Positions 1 to 11,957 of a DNA stretch of 64,000 nt are shown piece by piece. The notes beneath the pieces were generated by a model. That model had not been told where the DNA came from. It saw only the letters and a program-made list of their open reading frames with translations, and did no database searches. Positions within the stretch are counted from its first letter, which is position 1; every line of letters begins with the position of its first letter. The stretch covers positions 3,906,001-3,970,000 of the forward strand of contig CM074806.1 of NCBI GenBank assembly GCA_037447605.1. The letters are read 5' to 3'. This DNA is from Zygnema circumcarinatum SAG 698-1b (lineage: Eukaryota > Plantae > Zygnematophyceae). A program made the position numbers and the translations under genes.

Positions 1-2846
1 CTTGGGAAACTTTCAGACCATGAACCGCCATCAGTAACTCGTATCTTATTCACCACCACGGATTTGGCCGGACGAAGGTGCTTCAAGAGAAACACTCCAC
101 CTGTGAAATTTACGGCAATTCATAGTCATGGCTGAAGCCATATGACTATCTATGAATGATTATGTCTATCACAATACCATGCAGACAATTCCATCCAGTT
201 TGGGTTTCCTTTCCTTATCCTGTCATCGTGTTAGTGACCTAGAAAGTGAAATTTTTCGCAACCGGTCCTCCTGCAGGCTTTCGTCGCCATACACTCAATA
301 ACAACTCACGTATGCCTTCCACACTTGTTTGGTGCTGTGGTAGTGATGGTGGCTGTGCTGTGCTGTCTTGAGTCTGCAGATATGTCCGTTCACTCATGAT
401 TGGTGCAGGATTGGATGTTCATGAGGATACCATTGGAAACATTTATGGCCGTTGGTAAGTTATCCCACTGAAAACAGTGTCAATGAGAGGAGGAAGCGGT
501 CGCTCTTTGCAAGTTACGTGATAACTGAAAAACAGCAGTAAATATCCATTTTTTTCTCAATATATGTTTTCTTCTCTTTATTCGTTGAGATGCTTTAAAC
601 ACACTATACAGCATGGTGCCAGGGTGGGTGAAGAGCCTGCGCTGCCGCGAGTGCTGACGGGGTCACACACAGATGCTATCCCACATGCTGGGAAGTACGA
701 TGGTGTGCTCGGGGTGCTTGGTGCAATAGAAGCCATTTCTGCCCTCAAAAGGTTAGCCTTCCCCTTACATGTTTGAGCACTGAATGCACCAGAGTGCGTT
801 CTTCTGTGCTTAGAGCATTTCAACACACTTATTTCTGCGGTATGTTTTGTGGCATCTGGTGACCACAGGGCTGGCTTCAAACCAAAGCGCAGCATTGAGG
901 TCGTCATGTTTACATCAGAGGAACCAACACGATTTGGCTATGGCTGCCTTGGAAGGTGGGGCGTCTAGACACATCCTGCATGCAGGTGTCATCATGTCGC
1001 AACTACCGTCCCTGAGATTTCCCTGAGACACAACAATCAAAGATTGTTGCAACAGTTGAGATGTGTGAACTTTCTCTTGCGTTTTTGCCTTCAGCCGCTC
1101 TCTCCTCCGACCTCTGTGCTTGTTTCTACTGCAAAACCGGTTGTGCAGCTGCTCGAGATAACTCTGATGAAAGGCTTTTATGCGTGTGGTTGTCCATATG
1201 GTTATTTCAGCCGCATGATGGCGAACCAGGAAGGGTTCGCTGATAAATTGAGAACAGTAAAGGACAAAAACAACATTTCATTTGTGGAGGCAGCAGCAGA
1301 AGCACACCATCCGGAAGCTATTGACAATCTGGATAGTGTCATCATACAGCCCGGCACTCTATCAGCCTTCGTGGAACTGCACATTGAACAGGGCCCACTG
1401 CTAGAAGCGGAAGGTGGGCCCCATCATCATGCTTCCTTTGTAGTGTGGTGCTTTGTTGATGTATGGCTGCCCCAACCTGCCACTCAACCTTGCACTGATT
1501 TGAGGCGATGGTGTTGTTGAGGAAGTGGGGCAGGCGTTCCCATCGGTGTTGTCACTGCAATTGCAGCACCCGCAGCTCTTATTGTAGAGATGAAAGGAGG
1601 AGGTGGGCATGCGGGTGGTGTTCTGATGGAGCAGAGGTAGCGCTGCTCCTTTTCTTTCCTTTTTAACTTCTCCGAGAATCGTGACACATGCTTCCTGATT
1701 CTTGCTGTAACAACCACCATCCTGGAACTTTTTGTTTTGTTATATTGTTGTAGGTGATGGTGGCGTTGTTTGGATGCAGATTTCATGTTTTCGCATCCCA
1801 TTGTGTCTCGGTTCCGTTCTTGCTCATTTCTGTATCCTATTTTTTTTCCGTTCCAGAAACGATGCCGGATTGGCAGCTGCTGAACTAGCACTAGCAGTTG
1901 AGAGCCATGTATTGGCTACTGGTTCACGAGATACAGTAGGGACTACAGGTGAGAAGCATTGTGCAAGAGCAAGGCGTATTTGAGGACCTCTTTCATATAC
2001 GAGCAGAGATTATACCCATAGCTTGCTCATCACTCGGAAACTAATGGACTACCCGTGAGGCTGAATGGGAGAGAACAGGCAAAGTGGAGCTATACCCAGG
2101 AGCGATCAATAGCATTCCGCGAGTGGCACATCTGGAAATAGGTACGAAGACTGCACAATGTATGATTGAATGGCGATCCTGTCTTACAGCAGAAAGGCCT
2201 AAGAGTGGGACCTGCCTTGAACGGATCAGATGTACGAGACATCGATGGTGAGAGGCGTGATAGAGTCGTCGCCGATATCAAGCAATCAGCTAAAGAAGTT
2301 GCCGAAAGGCGGCGAGTGGAGCTGATAAAGTGGGAGGTAGTGAATGCGGACCCGCCTGCACACAGCAGTGAAATGATAGTCCAAACTGTGGAAAAAGCGG
2401 CCTCAGAACTCGGCCTGCCATACCGGCGCATGGTCAGCAGAGCGTATCACGACTCACTCTTCATGGCCAGGTGACCAACCACTGCTGAAGATTGGCTGCT
2501 AGGAAACCAGAGACTGTTTTCCTATACTGATCGAACTTGTGCTCTGGGGGAACAGGGTGGCACCCATGGGAATGATCTTCATTCCATGTTACAAAGGTAA
2601 GGCTTCTCTTTGGTAGCAGGCACCTAGAACCAACGAGGGGTTGGAAGTGCTTGCACAGGTCCATTGCAATTGTAGGTTGTACATAGCCATTAGACTTCTT
2701 TGTTACAATGATCCTTCTATTTTTTCTTTGTTGCCTCGGTCTTGGCAGGTTATAGCCATCGACCTGATGAGTTTGCGTCGAAGCAAGACATGGCGCAGGG
2801 CGTGCAGGTTCTGGCACTCACTCTGGCCTCTCTCTCAGCGAAGTGA
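1..2846 (+). CDS. UAH: Ureidoglycolate amidohydrolase (M20/amidohydrolase family), multi-exon, 5'-partial
   Basis: Spliced exons read LGKLSDHEPPSVTRILFT (1-77), YVRSLMIGAGLDVHEDTIGNIYGRW (380-454), GSHTDAIPHAGKYDGVLGVLGA, FTSEEPTRFG, FVELHIEQGPLLE, GGHAGG, MVSRAYHDSLFMA and GYSHRPDEFAS...LSAK*. The stop is TGA at 2844-2846 and junctions are GT-AG. These motifs match plant UAH. Confidence 0.9.
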
Positions 2847-4091
2847 GAAATATTCGGAGACATCGTGGCCTTGACCTCTACATGGTTATACATTGCATGC
2901 CCACACAAAAGGCAGGCACTGGAGAGACTCTGAAAGCACCTCAAGCGGCGTTTTGCATTAAGCGTGAATTTAATCGCATAGTCAAATCATTCTGGATGAC
3001 TCCAAATACCATTGTCTAAGTTGTCCAAAGGAGACCGAACTTCGTTTTCGCTAATACTCTCTTGCTTACTACATATTGCGGTGGTAAATGTCCTCAAGAA
3101 GTCCTCATTCGAACCTGTTTGCAGCAGAGCATGCAGGAAAGAAACCCTAAAGGCCCAACATGTTGGCTACTCCCTCAATCACGTACTTCCATATTCGCAA
3201 GTTTTTTACCAGAAAAAATCTTGAACTGAAGTAAGTTGCAAACGTCCTAGCAAATATCATGAAGGTTGTCGTACATTCTGGATTTGTTTCAGGGCTTTGT
3301 TTCAGAGGTTCTTTACAAAAAGAGAATTGTACAGAGTGCTTCTCTTCTTTTCGGTGGGTTGAACATGCTTTGCTGAATCTATGAGGTGTGTGTACATTGA
3401 AGCCTCTTTGGGCTCTCCTCTATTCTCTGCGTGTGGTGAGATACAGTCACTGTCTATTCCGTCAGCTCGCCAAGTGGAACAAGAGAAACAATCCAAAATC
3501 GTCCATACTATCAGCAGCAAATCCAGCAGCACATCGCATTCAGCATTACAAATGAATGGATAGCCTTCGACTTTCAACCCCGCTCAACCATTTTGCACCG
3601 ACAACTAGTTGAAGTCTGGAGGTTAAAGAATTTGAGAATCCGAGTTTCTGAAAGCAGAGGATCAGCTTCGGTTTTCAACTTGGGTGATGCAATCGATTGA
3701 AACCACTTTGAACATGAAAACGCTCTCTAAAGATCTTGAGGCAGTAACGCGAGACAGTAAACCTCCTTTCGAAAAACCAAGAATCGCCAAAAACTCGAAA
3801 CCCTTGCTAGCCTTAAACCTCAACCCTAAACGCTTTGTGAGCCAAAAAATGGACGAACGCAGCAAACGGTTTCTCTTCTTTTCGTTTTTTCGTCAGGTTG
3901 GCATCATATTGCCACGCTGAGGCCAGCAATCCCGTGACGTCACCAGCTCCTTATTCTTCCAGCAAACCCTAACCTAAACCCGAACCCTAATTTTTTAGGG
4001 AAGGCCCTCCCTAGCTCGACCTGGAGGGCGTGCCACTCACTAGGAGAGGGCAAGAGGCGGCAACTACTTGTCTCGCAACCGAGAGGAAGCC

Positions 4092-7000
4092 ATGGCGGTA
4101 TGTTTCTGCCTCTAGTTCGTTATTGCATGGAACGCATGCATACGATGTATGTGACATATGTCATTATATGGGATGTATGTTATATGTATGCATTGGGCTG
4201 TATAGGTGTAAAGAGGTGGACTCGACCAGCATGTTCACTCAGCTGCTTCTTCCGCTTTTGAAAGCTTTTTCAATAGTTTGCCTTGAGCTTTTCACCTTGG
4301 CACGCCTGCTTTTGGCTGGCAGTTCTTCATCATTGATGCATTTTTTTGTCTGACGAGTTGCAAGGCCTAGCAGCTGGTCTCTCGACTGAATGAAGAATTG
4401 AGAAATGTCCATTGGCTGGAGATGGGAAAGTGAATTCGGGGACGGGGATGCTTTTGTATTTAGACTTATAATTTAGTCCTCGTTCCATCTGAATGACAGT
4501 GATGATCAATAACGTAGCTCTATTGAGGCAAGCTTCGTTTCTTTTCTATGAATTGAAAGGCGCGAACACATTATGTCTGGATGGCTTCGAGGTATATCCT
4601 CGCGTCCTACACCTAGAAGCTTATTTTTCGTCTGCAGCTTTCTTTATCCGATCAACTGGCTGCAATGTGCAGATTGTTGGCCCTCCTGCTCGGCTGGCAG
4701 CAGTCCTGGCACAGCTGGATGAGATGAGCCGTCTCTTGGCAGATGCTCGCACTGCTGGCGAGCTTGTGATGGAGGCTGTTAACGATGCTGTTCAGAAACG
4801 GGAAATCCCCGCCGATGGAGACACGGTTAAACCCAGTGATATTGTCGTAGCAGCAGTCGATAAGGCAAAGGCCACATTGCAGAGGGCTCGGGTTCTGGGT
4901 GAGTCCATGCAGGCAACCGAGAAATCTTCCTGCCCTGCAGTACTGTGGAGAAATTTACCAACTGTAGCTTTTTCAGCAGCCTTATAGCGACACGTATCAT
5001 GGAGAGACGCTTGTGTGGCAATCTAAAGTTTGGGAACAGATGTGTGACAGGGAAAACACTTGAAGCGGATGGAGCATTTTTTCCCCCTTCATCATCTGCA
5101 GCCTTTGGAGAGCATGAGCTCAGTTTTGGGGGGGGGCTGGCCGCTCCAATGGCTCCTCTTGTCTGCTCCGATGCCGTGCTGCTGCCCTACTCATGGAGGC
5201 GCCATATGATGACGCAGGCAGCAGCAAGTGCTGCAGAACGAGTCAGGTGAGTAGAGAGTCGGAGGGACGTCTGTCCTCTCGCGTATTCGGATGATAACTT
5301 TTTTAAGGGACCTTGTCTAAATGCCTTCTTAGCCTTTCTTGGCGTCTAAGCTTCTCAGGGTGTTTAGAGTGGACGAGGCTCAAGGCCAGAATTTCCTGTC
5401 TTGTTTGCTCCTGTGTTTTGGGCCCAGCGTCGCGCTCGCTGCCTTCAACTGTCAGAAGAATCACTCTTTCCTCCGCCGCCCTGCAAAGCGCTCTGCAGAC
5501 CTCATTGATGGCAGGGGAGTCCAAGTGAGCTCCGTGAAGAGAGTGAAGATTGAAGAGGCTCAAGAAGGCATACGGGAAGATTCGAACAGGCAATTGCCAG
5601 CCATAGCTGGAGCAGTGACTAGAGCGGAAGGAGGGGACTCCCTCTCCCTCACTATGGAAAAATTGCAGAGGATGGTGCCAGGCCTTGTCCTCTCACTGTG
5701 TCCTCGCTCTGCTTGGGCTGCTCGGGCTATGGCGTTGTCAGATGAGCAAAAAAGGACAGTGAGGAGGAGGAAGTCACTCGCAGAGAGTCCCTCGGTAGGA
5801 GGGGTTGCGGGAGAATCAGATAATAAAGCGCTTCTAAATACGATCAAGAAGGAGGCTGTTGAAAGTGCAGAGGGAGAGAGGGTGGAAGATGGATCCACTC
5901 GGTCCGGGGGAAGGGGGGGGTTAGGCAAAGAGAGAGGTGGAGAGGGTGGGGGAGAGGCAGAGGAGACGGATGACGGGGATCTTCCGGGAGTCCTGGAGGT
6001 CGTGCTGCCAGGTGTCCTCCGGGCAGTGGTTTCTCTGCTGCCTGCTGGGAGTGCACGGGCTGATGCTGTGGCTGTTTTCGCCATAGATGAGGTATGCAAG
6101 AATGGTAGAAATAGTGGCTTCAGTGGAAAGCAATTTAAGGCAAGACAGAAACTGGAAAGGAATGGTCGGAAAACTCCACAGGTTGTGAGGTTAATTGTCT
6201 TTCCTGAAGTGTTCGTTGCAGTGGTTGTGGAAAGTAACAGGGATCACATTCCATTTGTTAGACGCCACTGTAAAGCATGGTGGTTTAAAAGCAGATTGTT
6301 TTTTAAGGCACGTTGAAACCTGATTAGTTTTGGCACGATGTTGTGGGTGACAGGAGGGACCACACGTGCACGCTTGGGGTCTATCCGTACACTACACTTT
6401 TCAGTCTATCTCGGTATGCTCCACCTTTGGAAAATGTACAAACTCTATGGCTTTTCAAAAATATTAGATTGAGAAATAGTACTTGCTAACACTCATAAGT
6501 CAAGTTCAAGTTCGAAAGAATGAGCGGAAACTTTGCACTTCCTGGTTGTTCTAAAGACACTTAGAGTTGATGTTTTCGAATTTATTTTTTCTTTTCTGGC
6601 AGGAACGGGCTTATCACGTCCTCCATAAAGGGGGAGAGACCACAGCACTGGAGCTCCTGGTGGTGAGTTCCTTTTTTTCCTCCTTGAACTTTCCCTCTCC
6701 ACAAATTTGGTCTGAAGTTGTGATGAACGAGTTTAAAGCAAATTCGTCCTTCCTCCTCAACAAGTGTTGCCGGAAAATGCACAGAAGTCTGGACTGATCT
6801 TTTTGCTTAACTATTGATGCAGATTTGGCTCTCTTCACACCGGACGCTCTTCAATGAACCCTGCAGGTGCGCTCGTCAATCATCTCCTTTCCTTAAGGCC
6901 TTACTTCCAAGACATTGTCTCCAAGTGAAGGAAATGACGTTATCAGATGCAAAGTGCCCCTTGGTGTGCCATTAGGGTTTCTTTCTTCAGGACCCCTCTA

Positions 7001-7303
7001 GGCAATTTCGTAAGGTTTTGCAACCCTCACCCCTTTAATTTCATGTTGTTGTCTCTGACCCTCCTCCCCGCCCTCCTGTCCCACCTTGTTTCTCCTCCTC
7101 CATTTCCCATATTACGTAACAGCCGGTGTCAGCGCATCCTTGCGGTACACCCCCCGACAGGCTCCCTTCTTCCTCCCCTTGTTCGCCCGCTGCCTGAACG
7201 TCTCAACGGATCTCTATCAATGGCTCCCATTGCCGTCCCAGCATACCATCTGCTTTGTGCTCCTTCCCTGAAAAGTAGTGTTCCATCTTCGAAACAAATG
7301 TAG
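4092..7303 (+). CDS. MED27: Mediator complex subunit 27-like
   Basis: ATGGCG|gtatg at 4092, then exons IVGPPARLAAVLAQLDEMSRLLADARTAGELVMEA, PLVCSDAVLLPYSWRRHMMTQAAASAAERVR, VLEVVLPGVLRAVVSLLPAGSARADAVAVFAIDE, HVHAWGLSVHYTF, IWLSSHRTLFNEPC and RCQRILAVHPPTGSLLPPLVRP...KQM*. These blocks are collinear with plant MED27 as recalled. Confidence 0.8.
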
Positions 7304-7905
7304 TGAAGTCTGCCGAATTAAGCAGGTCCGGAAACATACTTTAGAAAACAGCAGTCTTTAGAGAGACGTCGACTTTTTAGAGTGTTCAATCTTTGGTTAC
7401 CCTTATTGGTCAAACGAGTTTTTCGTACTGTCAATGTCAGAATTGACGACTGACTACCACAGTACTAGCTTGTGCGGAGAGTTCAATTTGCTCGTATAAT
7501 AAAATGGACGTCGTGTTGACGAATCACAAATGCGCACCGTACAGTTTTTTTTCTTTCCCTCTGGCGCATACGCATGCGCATGCCCGCTCCCATAGCTATG
7601 CACACCAGTCCCTCCCTTCCTCCTTTCCACAGCAGAAAAGTGGGAGAGAAAGAGCGGGGGGAGAGAGAGAGAGAGATAGAGCTACCCAACTCACCTTAAT
7701 GTTTAAGAGTGGCGAAAGACTGCATAGAGCTAAGTCAAACATTTCAACAGCCCGTGCCTATCTGCAGTCGCTACTGAAAACAACCCTAAAAAATGACTCC
7801 GAGGCAATCTGAAGAGTCAACAGGAAACAAGCCAAGCAAACGGATTGATAAATTAAGTGAACATCGTATGGCTACAGCTACCCGAGAGCAGACTATCCCG
7901 GCTCC

Positions 7906-9573
7906 CTACATTTCTGTGACTGGGGGAGCAGTCAGCTGCACATCACCTCCCCCACCATAGAAGCCTAAGTTGGAAGGCGGTTGGGGCCGAGCCTTCATCT
8001 CACGATGCTCTTGGCAGATGGCGCAGGGATGACAGAGAAAGTGAGTGCAGCAGTCTCCCATGGGCCGGTCCTGGAAGGTGCGTGGTGCCAAGTAAGACTT
8101 CCATCCATTGTAAGCTTCTAGGATAAGGATGATCCTCACGATTCGACATGACATGCATAAGGATTCATCTTGAGGTGGGGGGGCAGGCTGTGAGCAAGAA
8201 CAGTTTCATCAAAAGAAACCCGAAGACATCTAAAGTCGAACAAAGCAGCATGTGGCACTATTCCCAGAAAACTGATTGCAACCTCATAGCAGCGAAGACA
8301 AGCCAAGGAAGCTCAACTCTCAGAGGTAGACACTTACTGGTAGATGGTATTTCGACCGCAGTTCCGTTCGATATAGACAGGCATAACAAGAGACGAGCGT
8401 CACCCAAAACGCCATGGGCCCAACGACCGCTGAGGTTGCGAAGGCTACGCATCCACCGAGGACGGCATGTATACAGCATGGTCCAAAGCACGGACGTCCA
8501 TCCAGAGTCTCCACATTCTACACAATGCAAGTCAAATGAGGTACAAGAGTAAGACGCAGAGAGTAAATGAAGTCATCGGAAACGGATCGGATATTCATCA
8601 TTTATTCACAGACGATGGTCCTCATCTACCAGACTAAAATGTTGCAAACAGAAGCAATTTCATCTGATTCCTAAGCTGCTGATCTGGTCACCTAGAGTTC
8701 TGAAGCTTTTTTGAACAGACAGCACACCAAAAAAACAAAATTGCGACTGGCATTATATTAAGAAAAAGTTCTCCATTACCAGACAATCAGTTGTTATCGT
8801 AAATTTGATAGACTGCGTAAAGGCCGAGCAGAAAGCAATGGCTTAATGCCATATCCCATAGTTCAGAGAATCGGATTTACTGTCGCGAATCAAGGAGAGA
8901 GTCCGTCAAAGCTGCCATTCTCAGAATGCAGTCAATACATCTCATACAATGAAGGCTCACCTGGCCGAAAAGTACACAAGGGCAGAAAAGGCCAAGACAA
9001 CCTGCAAGAGCCAACATTGCTTGCATTGATGAGTGCATTGATACAACTGCAGTTGGATCGAAAGCGTTTCTCGTCCTTGATCTAAACCTGCAAGTGGAGA
9101 TACTGCAGATACACGTTTCTATAAGAATGGACAACGTTTGAGTATGGTGGAAAATCGGACTGTTCTGTCGAGTCATGCTCGGACAGAATGAAATCCACAC
9201 ATTCATATAGGCCAGTGATGGAAAGAGTTCAGCTGGTGACGAAACATCAGCTTGAATGTCATTTGCAAAACTAACGCCGAATATTCCAACCAGAGAGAAG
9301 ATTGCTCCATTATAGGATGAATAAGAAATGCACAAAAGCCAGTATGACATGATGTCAAGTCTGCAGCTCAGCTGCATGAATTTGCGCTCTATAAAGGACC
9401 ACAAGCCTGCCTTTCAATGTAGCTCCCCTTGCTGCATACTGAACACTACATCACGAGGTCATCCCTTTGCTGTTGAAGGTAACAAACTCACAACTGCTCT
9501 TGTCCTGGAAGCAGTCAAACAGACCCGAACTCCACGCGTCCTCTGCTCCCCCTCTTGCCGCAGAGGGATCCAT
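7906..9573 (-). CDS. PLAC8 family Cys-rich membrane protein (PCR/CNR-like)
   Basis: Minus-strand exons DAWSSGLFDCFQDKSSC, CLGLFCPCVLFGQ, GRPCFGPCCIH...VSCYACLYRTELRSKYHLP and DRPMGDCCTHFLCHPCAICQEHREM...*. The start at 9573 (MDPSAARGG) is tentative; an upstream exon is possible. Confidence 0.85.
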
Positions 9574-9974
9574 GCTCTCACTTCCAGAAACTCGTTCCAA
9601 GGATCGAAAAGGCGCCAAGAGCTGCAGGGGAGACTGCGCAGAGCGGTTGCAGGAGGCGCGGGCGAAGGGGAAGCGGCGGCTTGAACGGAAGAAACCACTA
9701 GTGAAGTGCGCGCCCAGGCATCAGCATCACATGGAGAGCCACCATCAATGTTCACCTTCACAAGGCTTTGCTTGCTGCCCTTGTGCATTCCCAGGATTGC
9801 TTCGCCCTTGTTGTGTGCGAGCTAAGGATGGCTTGCCAAGGCCTCTTATGTGCGAGCCAATCTCTCTCTCTCTTAGGCTTGCTCTGTTTTTGAGAACAGG
9901 CTGTGGAATGAACAAAGATGGCACCTCCTCCTTGCTCGATTCTTGAACCTCTTCTTTAGCTACTGATTGAGTCC

Positions 9975-10005
9975 AGTGATGGCATCGATGCCATCGTGCG
10001 ATCAA
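9975..10005. repeat. Dispersed hairpin element, copy 1
   Basis: Perfect 18-bp palindrome gatggcatcgatgccatc (9978-9995) followed by gtgcgatcaa. It matches the core seen at 10821, 18173, 35898 and 62592. Confidence 0.7.
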
Positions 10006-10769
10006 AGCCGCATGCTTTCTTCAGGTCGAGAGTGCACTCTACAAAGACCAGCTCTCAACAACCACAAAAACATGAATCCCCAAAATGACGAAATTTTACT
10101 TTCTTGCGGTTTGCGGTTCCGAGCCGGGCCTGGGCAGTCAGTCAGTCGGCTGACTGGCCCGGATTGGTCAGTTATTAGCTGATCAGTAAGTTGGTCGCCC
10201 CCGCAACTGCGACCTCTTGACCATCTGACCATTTGACTTAACTATGACCAGTTGGCCGACTTGGTTCGACCGAGAGCCGGCGGGCCTCGAACTATCTAGC
10301 CGTACGGTCGTTTGTCGTTTGCCGTGGCCATCACGGCACGGCGCCCGCCTGACGGCGCGACAGAGCGGCGGCCGGCACACCGATAACGGCGTGTACGGAA
10401 GCTGGTCTAAATAGTGGAGAATTAGGTCATGCGAAGGCAGGTTTTCTAGAAGCTTTGGACCAAACATGGAGGAGGCGCAACATGGAGGCATGCATGCGCG
10501 CACAATGTTGTTGACTGCGCAATGTTGGTGTTGTGCAAGCCTATTTTTCAACATGTCTCGTACACGTGCTGATGCGTATGATGTTACACAATAGAGAAAT
10601 CACAGTATTGAAAACATCAACAGCATATACGTGAAGGGGTGTAGATTAACATGTACCTGTACAAGACTTTTGTGATATTGTAAACTGCCACTGAGTTTGG
10701 TTTTTTGTAGCCGCATGGAAAAGACTTAAACGAAGTGCAAACGACATTCGTGAGGCCTTTTGTATTCCT

Positions 10770-10850
10770 TTGCGATCAGCTCCTCGTGGTTCCCGACAAT
10801 CATTTTTTTCATGTACAGTTGATGGCATCGATCGTGAGATCAACCCCACA
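10770..10850. repeat. Dispersed hairpin element, copy 2 (one hairpin arm deleted)
   Basis: tttgcgatcagctcctcgtggttccc...atgtacagttgatggcatcgatcgtgagatcaa aligns to the copy at 62536-62620. Confidence 0.7.
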
Positions 10851-11242
10851 ACAATCCCATTCATGAACATACAAGTCAAGTGTCTTGCATGATGAGGCGA
10901 TCCATTGTTTTTTTTTTTTTTTTTTTGATGAGGCGCATCAGCCGCGCCCTAGAGCAACAACAGCAAATTGTACGCGTGTATGCATGCATGCATGCCCACC
11001 ACCACGCCGGCTCGCCCATGGTTGACCCGCGAGGAACGACCTCCCGCCAGGTAAGGGGAATAGGGGATAGGCTCACGAGAAACGATGACGTTGCCTGACG
11101 TCATAACGAAGTCGTCCCGCCAGTCGCGCTGTCGCGCGGCCGTCCGCGCCTGGCTGTTCTTTATACGACAAAAATCCCCAGCCAGCTGGAATGCCAAAAC
11201 TGACTCTCTATTGACAGATATACACGTGGCGACATATCACTG

Positions 11243-11464
11243 GTACACGTTCACTTTCGTATAATGTTAGATGTCGGTTAGCGCGATTACAGTTGTCATA
11301 GACCGGTGCCGAGACTTTTCTTTCGTACACATTTGTAGAAACTCGTACGGCTCCCGTCAATGACTCGTGTCGTGACGTGCTGCGACTCCCCGCCGTACCG
11401 TACGGCGGCCGGCCGCTGACCGGGACGGAATGATTGCGTACGCCGACCATATGCGACCGGGTAC
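11243..11464. promoter_or_regulatory. GTAC/CGTAC motif cluster upstream of the multicopper oxidase
   Basis: Seven GTAC cores at 11243, 11325, 11345, 11395, 11400, 11438 and 11461 within 222 bp, including ccgtaccgtacgg. GTAC is the established SBP-domain/CuRE core; function here is inferred. Confidence 0.45.
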
Positions 11465-11957
11465 CGACCGGGACGCGCGGGGGGACCGGGGGAGGGCGGC
11501 TGCCCGACCGCAAAACTTTTCGGGGCAAGCGCGCAACTTCACCGGCGACTAGTTGGGATACCCATCGGACGGTCACTGTTCGCCGATCGAACCTGCGACG
11601 GCTCAAGAGTCGTCGATCTGCCGAGGTTGCGACGGGAATAGTCAACAGACGTCAATGTCGGAGTCCTCCGCAGGTCCCACACGTGTAAGGGAGCGCGTTG
11701 ACCGGGTGCACCGACCTAGCGCCCTGCCCAGCATCTCGTCAAGCTGCCCGAAACAGTTTTCGCCGGCCTGCCCGCCGACTCCTCGAACAGATACAAAGAG
11801 CCGTTTCGTGGCAGCGACCGTTCAGTTGTCCCACTGCCACTCCACCCTTCCCCCTCCCTCTCCCCTCCCTCCCCCCTCCCCCTCCCCTTCCCCCTCCCCT
11901 TCCCCCTCCCTCTCTATCTCCCTCTCCCGCTCTCCCCCCTCCCTCCCCCCCGGCGCC

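Noticed and set aside
3800-3995. Telomerase RNA template candidate (aaccctaaac)
   Set aside because: No recognisable USE/TATA Pol III promoter or terminator; similar telo-boxes occur at many promoters here.
5560-6099. 179-aa Ser/Pro-rich minus-strand ORF
   Set aside because: Antisense shadow of the MED27 low-complexity exon.
10975-11000. RY (CATGCATG) B3-binding elements, also near 17955 and 25565
   Set aside because: Indistinguishable from (ATGC)n microsatellites without functional data.
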